A stretch of DNA of 45,930 bases from assembly GCA_001777655.1 (NCBI GenBank), contig MFER01000016.1, forward strand, positions 1 to 45,930, in the 5' to 3' direction. The notes below the pieces were generated by a model. It had not been told where the DNA came from, made no database searches, and was given only the letters and a program-made list of their open reading frames with translations. A program made the translations under genes and the position numbers. Positions 9,219 through 18,600 of this stretch are shown here, one piece after another; the stretch's first letter is position 1; each line of letters starts with the position of its first letter. Origin of the DNA: Candidatus Doudnabacteria bacterium RIFCSPHIGHO2_02_FULL_43_13b. GTDB lineage: Bacteria > Patescibacteriota > Doudnabacteria > UBA920 > O2-02-FULL-48-8.

Positions 9219-9693
9219 TGCTAATCTGCGAATGATATGCCAATCTACGAATTGCTAATATGGAACCCTCGAATTTAGTTTATCCCAAAGAATCATATAG
9301 AGTTACCGGGGTATTATATGCAACTCATAACGAACTAGGTCGATTTTGTAACGAAAAGCAATACTGTGATCGAGTTGAGCAGATTTTTAAAGAGCTAGGT
9401 ATTAAATACGAACGAGAAAAGATTTTACCACCAAGTTTTGAAGCAGAATTACCAGGACGGAATAAAATTGATTTTATTGTGGAAGGTAAAATTATATTAG
9501 AATGCAAGGCGAAAAGAGTATTAACCCGAGAAGATTACTATCAGGCTAAACGTTATTTAAGATCGTACAATAAGAAACTTGCATTATTAGTTAACTTCCG
9601 AGATAAATATATTAGACCGAAAAGAATTTTGAATTCATTAGTGAAAGAAGATTAGCAATTCGCACAATTGGCATTAATTAGCAAATTCGCATC
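9217..9693. repeat. Imperfect ~43-bp inverted repeats (TGCNAAT units) flanking the second GxxExxY gene: 9217-9259 and 9651-9693
   Basis: Left GATGCTAATCTGCGAATGATATGCCAATCTACGAATTGCTAAT; reverse complement of right GATGCGAATTTGCTAATTAATGCCAATTGTGCGAATTGCTAAT. Confidence 0.9.
9260..9655 (+). CDS. Second GxxExxY family protein
   Basis: HNELGRFCNEKQY, DFIVEGKIILECK, QAKRYL, LLVNF. Confidence 0.88.
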   Translation: MEPSNLVYPKESYRVTGVLYATHNELGRFCNEKQYCDRVEQIFKELGIKYEREKILPPSFEAELPGRNKIDFIVEGKIILECKAKRVLTREDYYQAKRYLRSYNKKLALLVNFRDKYIRPKRILNSLVKED

Positions 9694-9699
9694 ATACTT

Positions 9700-10458
9700 A
9701 TGAAAGGCATAATTTTAGCCGGCGGGCTAGGAACCAGACTATATCCACTCACTCATGCGACGAATAAACATTTGTTGCCGGTGTTCGACAAGCCTATGAT
9801 TTATTATCCGATCAGAACCTTGGTTCGGGCTGGGATTCGGGACATTATGGTTGTTGTTTCTGGGCCTCATTCCGGCGACTTTATCCGGGTCCTGAAAAAC
9901 GGCAAGGAATTTGGGATCAAACATTTGGAATACGCTTATCAGGACGCGCCAGACGGCGGGATTGCTGACGCGCTGGTAAAAGCCGAAAGCTTTGCTGATA
10001 ATCAACCCGTCACCGTGATCTTGGGCGATAATTGCACGGATGCGAATATCGGCAAGGAAGTCCGAAGTTTTAAGGGTGGTGCCTTGGTTTTTTTGAAGAA
10101 AGTTGATGATCCTAATCGATTCGGGATTGCAGAGTTTGACAAAAAAGACTCGAGCAAGGTTATCGGCATCGTGGAAAAACCCAAAAAACCGAAAAGTAAT
10201 TTTGCTCAGACCGGGGTTTATATTTATGATAATAAAGTATTTAATTATATAAAAAAAATTAAACCCTCGGCTCGAGGCCAGTTAGAAATCACTGATTTAA
10301 ATAATATCTATATCAATGCGAAGAAATTTAATTGGGCCGAACTGAAAGGATTTTGGTCTGATGCGGGAACTTTCGAGAGCCTTTATAAAACCAGTGTTTA
10401 TTGGGCGAGAAAAATTTTGGGTAAACGAAACGAACGGAATTTAACCAGATTTGACTAG
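9700..10458 (+). CDS. rfbA: Glucose-1-phosphate thymidylyltransferase (short RfbA/SpsI type)
   Basis: MKGIILAGGLGTRLYPLT, KHLLPV, LGDN, EKP, RGQLEITD, WSDAGT. Confidence 0.9.
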   Translation: MKGIILAGGLGTRLYPLTHATNKHLLPVFDKPMIYYPIRTLVRAGIRDIMVVVSGPHSGDFIRVLKNGKEFGIKHLEYAYQDAPDGGIADALVKAESFADNQPVTVILGDNCTDANIGKEVRSFKGGALVFLKKVDDPNRFGIAEFDKKDSSKVIGIVEKPKKPKSNFAQTGVYIYDNKVFNYIKKIKPSARGQLEITDLNNIYINAKKFNWAELKGFWSDAGTFESLYKTSVYWARKILGKRNERNLTRFD

Positions 10459-10459
10459 C

Positions 10460-11374
10460 ATGCGCAATTTATTTAACGAGCGGACCCATAAATATATCTC
10501 AATCTTAATCGTGACCTTCGGAGCTTTTTTCGGCTTTGAGGCGGTCAGTTATGCTATCGGGATTTATCAGCTGAATTCCAGTCTTTATCTTTCTTTGTAT
10601 ATCTACGCCTTTCATATTTTTTGGTTGACTTTTCTGTTTGATTTGCATTTTAAGAAGCGCGGAGTGCTAGCTATCGCCCGTTTAAACCACCAGGGTCTGA
10701 AAATGTTTTGGGAAGCGTTTAAAGACCGGATCGCCCACGTCCGGAAATGGGAATACTTCCGGCATTATCAAAACTACCTTGTCCTCCCCGGCGTACTTTA
10801 TTGGGGAGTCGTGGTTTTGTTGTTTTTAAATCCATTTAAATACGGATTGAAACAGATGATAATTCTTTCTGGTACATTTGCTATGAGTGTGGCTTATTGG
10901 TATATGAAAGAGCATATCAGCCGGCAATTAGAACACCAGGCCTCTTGGATTAAAGTTTTGGCCATGGTTAAGTTGTTCGCCGCATTTTTGATTTACTCCG
11001 CCCTTTTAGGCGTGACTCTGCGATATGGATTTGAAGCCTGGTTTTTGGTCGCCGCCACATTGACTATTACTTTTCTGTTGGTTTATCAAGCGTTATTCCA
11101 ACATCGCCTGTTAACCTTTGATACTTTTTTATGGGTTGTTATAATCGCCTTTGTGGTCGGGCTGGTGTCGATTTGGGTTTACTCGCACTGGAATACCCAG
11201 TACTTTACGGGAGGATTAGTCATGCTGGCGGTTTACAATACTCTCTGGGGATTGCTTCATCATTATCTTGAACATACTTTAAGTAGGAAAATTGTTTTCG
11301 AATATTTACTAATGATGATTTTTATCATTTCTTTTCTTCTTGCTTCACACAACTTCAATCAAAAAGTAATTTAA
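10460..11374 (+). CDS. Polytopic membrane protein of unknown function
   Basis: About 9 hydrophobic segments; ATG at 10460 directly follows the rfbA stop. Confidence 0.75.
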   Translation: MRNLFNERTHKYISILIVTFGAFFGFEAVSYAIGIYQLNSSLYLSLYIYAFHIFWLTFLFDLHFKKRGVLAIARLNHQGLKMFWEAFKDRIAHVRKWEYFRHYQNYLVLPGVLYWGVVVLLFLNPFKYGLKQMIILSGTFAMSVAYWYMKEHISRQLEHQASWIKVLAMVKLFAAFLIYSALLGVTLRYGFEAWFLVAATLTITFLLVYQALFQHRLLTFDTFLWVVIIAFVVGLVSIWVYSHWNTQYFTGGLVMLAVYNTLWGLLHHYLEHTLSRKIVFEYLLMMIFIISFLLASHNFNQKVI

Positions 11375-11400
11375 AAAGCCCCAGGCCCGGGGCTTTTTTT
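11373..11400. terminator. Bidirectional intrinsic terminator
   Basis: AAAAAGCCCC-AGGCCC-GGGGCTTTTTT between convergent genes. Confidence 0.85.
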
Positions 11401-11413
11401 AAATGCGCAGAAT

Positions 11414-12604
11414 TTACCAATTAGTAAACAGCGCCACTGCGGCGATTAGGAGAAAAAGTAAAATATGCGTGTGGGAATGAATGCCTGGTCGTTGAATTTT
11501 AGCGCGATGAATGATCAGGGCGTCGATAATTAGAAAACCCATGTAGATTGCCGCGAATATACCAAACAATAATCGCAGGATTTTAATCACACCTGCTTCG
11601 TTGCTCGCAACCTCAGTCGGAATCGTTTTTGAGGTTTCGTCTTCTAGACCTGAAACGCCCGGGGAAGATATGTTAACAGGGAATTCCGAAAAAGTTTTTG
11701 CGCCGTCTTGGTCTCGGGCCTCGACAACCAGGGCCTGATTTTCCAAGTTTTCGCCCGGATTAAAAGTAAATGTTCCCAAATATTGCCCATCAGTTTGGCT
11801 AGGCAGCAAAGTGATAGATTGAGCTTTAAGAGTTGCGGTAACTAGGGTTGGCTTGCCTTGAATTACGATATCGACCCCGATTTTAGTTTGATTCGAGGTA
11901 AAATCAGGTTGAATTTTTAAATCCTTAAATATTTTAATCTCAACTTTTGGTTGGGGTGGGGGAGGAGTTGGAGTTGGGATGGGCGTTGGTGTTGGCGTAG
12001 GTGTCGGCAGCGGTGGAGGCACTGGTTTAGGAGTAGGGGGAGGCGCTGGCGTTGTTTTTTTGTAAAGTGTTCCGAACAAACTGGTGATCAAAATTGCCTC
12101 CTGGTTGGGTTCATAGAGTCCGAAGAGGGAAGCCAACCCTTGATCCTCGAATTTTGTGTTGAGGATGTTGGTTCGGTGGGTGGGACTGTTCATCCACGCA
12201 TTAGTTACCGAATCGGCGTCAGTATAACCCATCGCCAAATTTTCGCCCAAAGTTAAGTAAGGCGTAAATCCGGCCGCTTCAATCCGAACCCAGACATAAT
12301 TGCCATCTGGATCAATGTGGGCAAAATAGCTTCGGTCGAGCATATCTTGGGATTTACCGTTGGCCGCGCTAACCAGTTTCGAGTTGGTGGCTAGGCCGGC
12401 AATAAATCGTTGAGTCCGTTCAAAGTTGATTTTATTCATCAGATCAGTTGGATCGATGCTGGGGGCGGCGATGGTGAAGGTATTGGGTAGCAAAAAGCGA
12501 ATTCCCCAGATCACGACACAAAAAACCGCCAAAGCTTGCGGAGTCAGCAGCCAGGGCTTATAGTCATTATATTCAGTGGGAATTAGGTAATGTTTGAGTT
12601 TCAA
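11414..12604 (-). CDS. CAP/SCP domain membrane-anchored protein with Pro/Thr linker
   Basis: AANGKSQDML..YFAH, GENLA, AWMNSPTHRTNIL; PTPTP linker; C-terminal TMs. TTG at 12604 lies just downstream of a TATAAT. Confidence 0.88.
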   Translation of the reverse strand: MKLKHYLIPTEYNDYKPWLLTPQALAVFCVVIWGIRFLLPNTFTIAAPSIDPTDLMNKINFERTQRFIAGLATNSKLVSAANGKSQDMLDRSYFAHIDPDGNYVWVRIEAAGFTPYLTLGENLAMGYTDADSVTNAWMNSPTHRTNILNTKFEDQGLASLFGLYEPNQEAILITSLFGTLYKKTTPAPPPTPKPVPPPLPTPTPTPTPIPTPTPPPPQPKVEIKIFKDLKIQPDFTSNQTKIGVDIVIQGKPTLVTATLKAQSITLLPSQTDGQYLGTFTFNPGENLENQALVVEARDQDGAKTFSEFPVNISSPGVSGLEDETSKTIPTEVASNEAGVIKILRLLFGIFAAIYMGFLIIDALIIHRAKIQRPGIHSHTHILLFLLIAAVALFTNW

Positions 12605-12636
12605 GGCAATTAAATTATAGCCTATCGCAAGAAGTA

Positions 12637-12665
12637 TTGACAAATTTTCGAATTTGTGTTAATAT
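12637..12665 (+). promoter_or_regulatory. Sigma70-type promoter for the sortase gene
   Basis: TTGACA-17 nt-TAATAT with TG extension. Confidence 0.7.
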
Positions 12666-12696
12666 TATCTGTTTTGATTAAACAGTCATAAATTTT

Positions 12697-13806
12697 ATGC
12701 CCAGTAGTGAATACGCTTCTGAAATTCATCGGTTACTGAAAATTCCTGATCCCGGCTCTCAAAACGCAGGATTGCCGGAAGATTTGCCTGTAGCCGAAAC
12801 ACATTCAAAAGAAGAACTCCCGAAAATTGAGCAACCGGCCCATCATTTGGAATTTGTGCCGGAGAAAGTCCGAACGCTGAAGTTTCGGGGCTTGATTATT
12901 TACCCTACGATTTTTATCGTCGCGTTTATCATTTTCTACGCGGCATTAAATTTTTCGTCTCTAGTATCGCAGGTCGAAGGTTTTTTTATGAAACCGCAAG
13001 AAGAGGTGGTACTGGGTGATCAATTAGTTCCTTACTATCAATGGATTAGCGGTTATTATTTTTCCGTCGGCGACAGTAAATTATTGGAACCAAATAACGA
13101 TATAGACAAGGACGGTCTTTCCAACATGGATGAATTTATCATGCGGACTAATCCAATCGTTGCTGACTCAGACAGCGACGGCTATTCTGACGGAACGGAA
13201 ATTATCAATTATAAAAATCCATGGGGCAGCGGAAATATGAGTGAGACGCAAAAAAAATTGGCAGAAAATATTGATCTGAGTTTGATTAATAACCGCGTCA
13301 GCTTCAACACCTATGAGCAATCGCTGGCCGGTCAAGTTTTGGGCGCCAATACGTTTAATTATGATTTAGAAAAACCAGGCAAATTATCCATACCGCGATT
13401 ATCCACGCAAGTTCCTTTGGTCTGGTCCAAAGAGCCTGCTAATTTCGAAAACGATTTAACACAGGGAGTGGTGCATTATCCAGGCACCGCTCTGCCAGGA
13501 GAATTGGGGACGATTTACGTTTCCGGGCATTCGTCTGATTATATCTGGAAAAAGAATCCTTATCGGCAGGTATTCGCCAAACTAAATTATTTAAAACCCG
13601 GGGATGATATCTTCATTGAGCTCTTCGGAGTAGATGGTAAAACTTATAACTATCGCTACCAGGTTATGGCTACCAAAATATATGCACCAGATGATCAAAC
13701 CCAGTTTATCGACGGCTCGGGTAAAATTTTGAATCTTTCGACGTGCTGGCCGATCGGCACCCAGAAGGATCGGTTAGTGGTAACAGCAGTTCAAGTTGGG
13801 TTGTAA
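12697..13806 (+). CDS. Sortase with N-terminal TM and DxDxDG (TSP3-like Ca-binding) repeats
   Basis: GVVHYPGT, SGHSS, LSTCWP...R catalytic H/C/R; DIDKDGLSN and DSDSDGYSD. Confidence 0.92.
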   Translation: MPSSEYASEIHRLLKIPDPGSQNAGLPEDLPVAETHSKEELPKIEQPAHHLEFVPEKVRTLKFRGLIIYPTIFIVAFIIFYAALNFSSLVSQVEGFFMKPQEEVVLGDQLVPYYQWISGYYFSVGDSKLLEPNNDIDKDGLSNMDEFIMRTNPIVADSDSDGYSDGTEIINYKNPWGSGNMSETQKKLAENIDLSLINNRVSFNTYEQSLAGQVLGANTFNYDLEKPGKLSIPRLSTQVPLVWSKEPANFENDLTQGVVHYPGTALPGELGTIYVSGHSSDYIWKKNPYRQVFAKLNYLKPGDDIFIELFGVDGKTYNYRYQVMATKIYAPDDQTQFIDGSGKILNLSTCWPIGTQKDRLVVTAVQVGL

Positions 13807-13816
13807 ATAGTCGCTT

Positions 13817-13924
13817 GGCACAGTCAAAAAATTACCGGTTGTCCAAATGCTTACGCATTTGGCAACCTGCGTGCTCGTCCCGACATTAAGTCGGGACTGC
13901 GCAGGCTAATTTTTTGCCAGTGCC
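13817..13924. repeat. Multi-stem palindromic intergenic element
   Basis: Outer GGCAC..CAAAAAATTA/TAATTTTTTG..GTGCC; inner CCAAATGC/GCATTTGG and GTCCCGAC/GTCGGGAC. Confidence 0.8.
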
Positions 13925-13974
13925 TCGCTTCAAAAAAGATTTTTGAAAAGCGGTTTTTTTGAGTTAAGTAGGGT

Positions 13975-14013
13975 AAAAAAGAGGGCGGGAATTCTTGCGA
14001 ATTCCCGCCCTTT
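13975..14013 (-). terminator. Intrinsic terminator of the GC-rich collagen-like gene
   Basis: AGGGCGGGAATTC-TTGC-GAATTCCCGCCCT with a U-run on the minus strand. Confidence 0.85.
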
Positions 14014-14036
14014 AGTTTGGGGCGCCGCTTAAAAGC

Positions 14037-15314
14037 TTAGCGGCGACCGAAACGGTAGTTGAAGCCCATCGTGACAGCGGACAGATTCGTTCGCTCGTGC
14101 GCGGTGAACGTGTTGGGACGGGTCGAACTGATTCCCATCCAATCCAACGCCATCGTGCCATGCAGCCCTCCGACGAGCCGCACGTTGGCTTCCGCGCGGA
14201 AACCGTAGGAGCGCGCGTCTTCCTCAGGTCGGGTGACCTTTGGAAAGTCGATGCCTTGGTAGGTCTGGTGCGTCCACGCCTTACGGCGCAGAAACCCGAA
14301 TTCACCAATGGCACTGACCTCGACGCGGCCGTTGCCAGTCTGACCTCTCGCCTCCACACCGACGATTGGCCCTGCGTAGGACCGCTCAGCGTCAGTGTTG
14401 GCTCCCTGGGCGACATATTCTTCGCACAGACACAGTCGAGACCAGCCGCCGTAGCCGCCGATGGTGAGGTCTCCCAGTGAGCGTTGATAGCCGAGCTTCA
14501 CTTTCAGCAGTTCATCGCGGCTATCGTCACTGTCACGATCCTTGTCGACCCAGTTGCCAGTGATGTCCTGGAACTCCATGCCTAAGGTTGAGCCCAGGGC
14601 ATTGGACGAGACGGATCCGAACACGCCGCTGCCTGCTCGCTCGACTCGAAGGATCGGCACCACAGCTCGGAAACTGTGCTTTTGGGGCACATCTCCGGAG
14701 TTGGGTACCGGTTCCGTATAGTCGGAGCGAACGTTTCCCATCGTGACGCCAACGCCGAACGAAATCGCGAACCCACGGCCGACTTTCTTTGTCGTCCGTG
14801 TGACGGGTGCGGGAGGCGGAGGCGGGAGAGCGACGATTGCATCAGTACCCTTTGGTCCCTGCGGACCCACGGGGCCTCGTGGACCTTGAGGTCCTTGCGG
14901 ACCAGTCGGCCCTTGCGGTCCTGGCGGACCAGGGAGGGGTTTCAGTGTTGGGAATGCAACGATCTGAAACGAATCGTTGTTGCATGCCGTCATTCGTAGC
15001 GGCAATCCGGTGCCACGGTCGTAGACGAACTCTCGCCCCTTTTCGACCTTCACGAAGCCGCGCTTGCCTTCACGGTCCGGGAGGACCATATCGACGCAGC
15101 TGTCCGAGGGGAGACCACGGACGACTTCGTTGGCGGCGAGAACGCGAGTTTTGATGACACTGGGGTAGTAGAACGGCGCGTCGACGGACGCCAGACATTC
15201 CGTGCTGGTCTTCCAATGGTCGACCAGTGTCGGTGTCTGTGCCGTCGGGCTGCTGGCGCCAAGTCCAACGAGGAGTACGAACACTCCTACGAACACTCCG
15301 ATGATATTGCGCAT
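14037..15314 (-). CDS. GC-rich secreted protein: signal peptide, Cys-containing domain, collagen-like repeats, beta-rich C-terminal domain resembling an outer-membrane barrel
   Basis: AAAGGAGG SD; hydrophobic N-terminus; about 10 Gly-X-Y triplets (14841-14930); alternating beta strands ending MGFNYRFGRR. Confidence 0.8.
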   Translation of the reverse strand: MRNIIGVFVGVFVLLVGLGASSPTAQTPTLVDHWKTSTECLASVDAPFYYPSVIKTRVLAANEVVRGLPSDSCVDMVLPDREGKRGFVKVEKGREFVYDRGTGLPLRMTACNNDSFQIVAFPTLKPLPGPPGPQGPTGPQGPQGPRGPVGPQGPKGTDAIVALPPPPPAPVTRTTKKVGRGFAISFGVGVTMGNVRSDYTEPVPNSGDVPQKHSFRAVVPILRVERAGSGVFGSVSSNALGSTLGMEFQDITGNWVDKDRDSDDSRDELLKVKLGYQRSLGDLTIGGYGGWSRLCLCEEYVAQGANTDAERSYAGPIVGVEARGQTGNGRVEVSAIGEFGFLRRKAWTHQTYQGIDFPKVTRPEEDARSYGFRAEANVRLVGGLHGTMALDWMGISSTRPNTFTAHERTNLSAVTMGFNYRFGRR

Positions 15315-15424
15315 TGTATTTACCCCTCCTTTGGGGCGCCAGTCTAGCTGGCTGATCGATCGAAAGAACGAAAGTGGTTGTGTCCTGCCCCTGATTGCCC
15401 CGAAAGGGACAGGGTAGAACTGTA

Positions 15425-15511
15425 TATTATTCTCCTTTTCAACGATTTTGTCAATAGCTCGTTAACAGTGGCGCTACCACTATTGACAAAACCACTCATC
15501 TTTGCTAAACT
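15425..15511. promoter_or_regulatory. Divergent sigma70-type promoters
   Basis: Plus strand TTGACA(15483)-17 nt-TAAACT with TG extension; minus strand TTGACA (TGTCAA at about 15449) followed by AATAATAT. Confidence 0.65.
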
Positions 15512-15619
15512 ACGGTGTTCATGTAATTTTTGTATTAATGGCTCGTTTTATATTCAAACGAAAGCGGCAGCATAATTTGGGTAAATTAATAATTAAGATT
15601 TAGGAAGTAGAATAGGTTT

Positions 15620-18600
15620 ATGATAAATATGCTACAAAATATTAATAAATCAACGGTGACAAAAACCGCGGCTTTGGCTTTGATTGCAGCCGTATCTGTT
15701 TCGTTTGTCGCGTTAAGTAATGCTAACACCACTTATCAACTTACAGTTAACGTCTCTGATGAGTGCGGTCCAGTTATAGGGGCTCAAGCCACGATTGTTA
15801 ATGGGCCGGATGACGGCGCGTTTGGCATCACCAACCAAGCCGGGACTTTTACTTTTAATAATCTTAGCGCCGGCGTGTTTTATATTCACGCCGCTGCCGC
15901 CGATCATGTCAGCCAAGATTCTAATTCTATTGTTTTGGACAGAAACCAAACTGTGAACTTTACTTTGACGCGCACCAACGGTGGATGTGAGCCCCTGCCG
16001 CCGCCAACCTGCACGATTACTGCTAATCCCGCTGCGATTGTTGCCGGTACTTCCTCAACTCTGTCTTGGACCTCTACCAATGCCACCAGCGCCTCGTTAA
16101 ATCAAGGCATTGGCAATGTTAGTCTCAGTGGTACGCGCATAGTTTCCCCAGCCGTAACTACTACTTATACTTTATCAGTTGCTGGTGCTGGTGGGTCTGC
16201 TACTTGCAGCGCGCCAGTTGTCGTTAACCAACCAGTGGAAAATTTTTACAATCTCACAGTCAATGTCCGCGATGTCTGCGGCCCGATCGTGGCGCAAGTG
16301 ACTATCGTTAATGGGCCGGATGACGGCGCCTTTGGCATAACGAACAACAGCGGTCAATTTATTTTCAACAACCTCAATGCTGGAGTATTCTATCTCCGTG
16401 TTGTTTCAGCCAACCATATTCCAAAAGACACCGGAACAATTGTTCTTAATTCGAATCAAACCGTGAATGTGGTCTTGGATCGCACGAATGGACCGTGTAA
16501 TCTGCCTGTCATTGGAACAATTACAGTCAGCAAACAGGTGCGCAATCAAACGCAGAACCAATCAACTTTTGTCGAAACCACTGCGGCCAACCCATCAGAT
16601 ATCGTGGAATTTAAAATTGCAGTGCCTGCCAACAATGGGGCGGTATCGAGCGTGGTTGTTTCAGACATTCTGCCGGCCAAGTTAAGTTATGTTGGCGGCT
16701 CGCTTAGAATTGACAATGTGATTAACGGCAACAGTTTGACCAACATTAGTTTGGGGGATTTGTCTGCCGGTCAGACGAAAACGATCTTGTTTAGAGCCTT
16801 AGTGGCCCAAACCTCTGAATTCGGTTTTGGGACAACTACTTTGACGAATACCGCCAATGTTAATTCCCAAAGCAATTCCGCATCCGACACTGCTTCCGTT
16901 ACGGTAACCAAAGACCAGCTCCCACAAGGTTTTTTGGACGTTGCTGACTGTAATATTATCGCGGGTTGGGCCAAAGATCCTGATAATGAATTAGCGCAGA
17001 CTGTAAAAATTTATCGCGATGGTGATTTTAATACGGGCACTCTGATTTCTACCCTGATTGCTGACCAGAATCGCGCTGACGTGGGTGCACACGCCTTCCA
17101 AATTGCCACTCCGAGTGTGCTGAGAGATGGTAATTCTCATCAAGTCTACGCCTATGTCATGAGTGGGTCGTCACATATCTTGCTTAATAATTCTCCAAAA
17201 AATGTGGTTTGCCCGATTAGTGGCCAAGTTAATGTTTCTAAAACTGTAAGAAACTTAACTCAAGGACAAATGATCTTTACAGACAGTATCGCTGCTGGCG
17301 GAGCAGACCAAGTTGAATTTAAGATCGTTGTTGGCGCCAACGCTGGATTTGTGAACAATATAATTCTTAGCGACATTCTGCCAAATAAATTGACTTATGT
17401 TTCAAATTCTCTAAGGATCAACGCAGTTAGTGTCGGGAACAGTCTTAACCAAATCAATCTGAATAATTTAACCAACGGTCAATCAAAGTTAGTTACCTTC
17501 CAAGCATCTGTAGCCGCAAGTTCTGCTTTTGCGGTTGGCACCACAGTCCTTACCAACACTGCTAACGTGGTTTCAGATCAAAACTCTGATTCGGATACTG
17601 CCAGTGTTAGCGTGACTATTTCTCAAGAACCTCACGCCCAGTTATTTATTGATAAAATGGCGAAAAATATTACTCAAGGACAAAATGTTTACGACAGCAC
17701 TATTGTTGCCAATCCGGGAGATCAGATAAGTTTCAAAATTTCCGTTACCGCTTCTGGCAACACCAGCGCACAAAACGTCGTGGTAACTGATGTTTTACCT
17801 GCCAACTTTAGCTTGGTTTCTGGGAACATTACATTCAACTTAGGGTCAGTACCAGTTGGCACTACGGAAACCGTAACTTTGGTTGCGCAGGTTGCCCAAG
17901 CTTCCAATTTCGCCTGTGGTGAAAACCCTCGGACCAACACTGCGACTGCTACTGCCAGCAATACTTCTACGGTTTTGGATTCAGTAGGTATAATTATTAA
18001 TAAAACTGAAGGTTGTGGCGGGATCAGTCCGTTATTGTCAGTGGTGAAGTTGTCTCGGAACTTAACTGCCGGCCAAACGGTCTTTACTGATAACATCTCG
18101 GCCAATCCTGGTGATCAAGTTCAATTCCAAATTCAAGTCTCTACGTCAGGCAATACTACCGCTCAGAACGTTGTGGTAACAGACACTCTTCCTGCTAATT
18201 TCAGTTTGTCTTCGGGTTCGTTGGTAAATAACCTTGGCAATATGACTGCGGGATCGGTTCAAACAGTAACCCTTACCGCTAATATTGCTTCTGATTCAAA
18301 CTTTGATTGCGGGTCAACGACAAGGACGAATACTGTCCAAGCTACGGCTACCAATTCAAATTCGGCGACAGATACGACTAATGTTGTGGTTTTGCGCAGT
18401 AATGGATGCGGGGGAGGCGGATCTAATTTCGTCACGCTTTCATTTACTAAAGAAGTAAGGAATATTAGCACCAATACTTCTTTCGCCAATACAGTTAACG
18501 CTTCCAACAACGACCGCGTACAATTTAAGTTGGTTGTTCGAAATAACAATGTTTCGACGGCTGCCAACAATGTCAGAATTACTGATACGCTGCCTTCTGG

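Noticed and set aside
11950-12056. GC-rich repeat inside the CAP gene as a foreign insert
   Set aside because: Explained by Pro/Thr linker codons.
13840-13866. Fourth TGTCCAA site of the PaaX-like family
   Set aside because: Lacks the CCGWWCGG core and the 24-nt spacing; it is part of a different hairpin.
14012-15417. Alternative-frame ORFs over the collagen-like gene, and similarly at 76-1016 and 33337-33759
   Set aside because: Expected shadow ORFs in GC-rich DNA; only the chosen frames have an SD and coherent domains.
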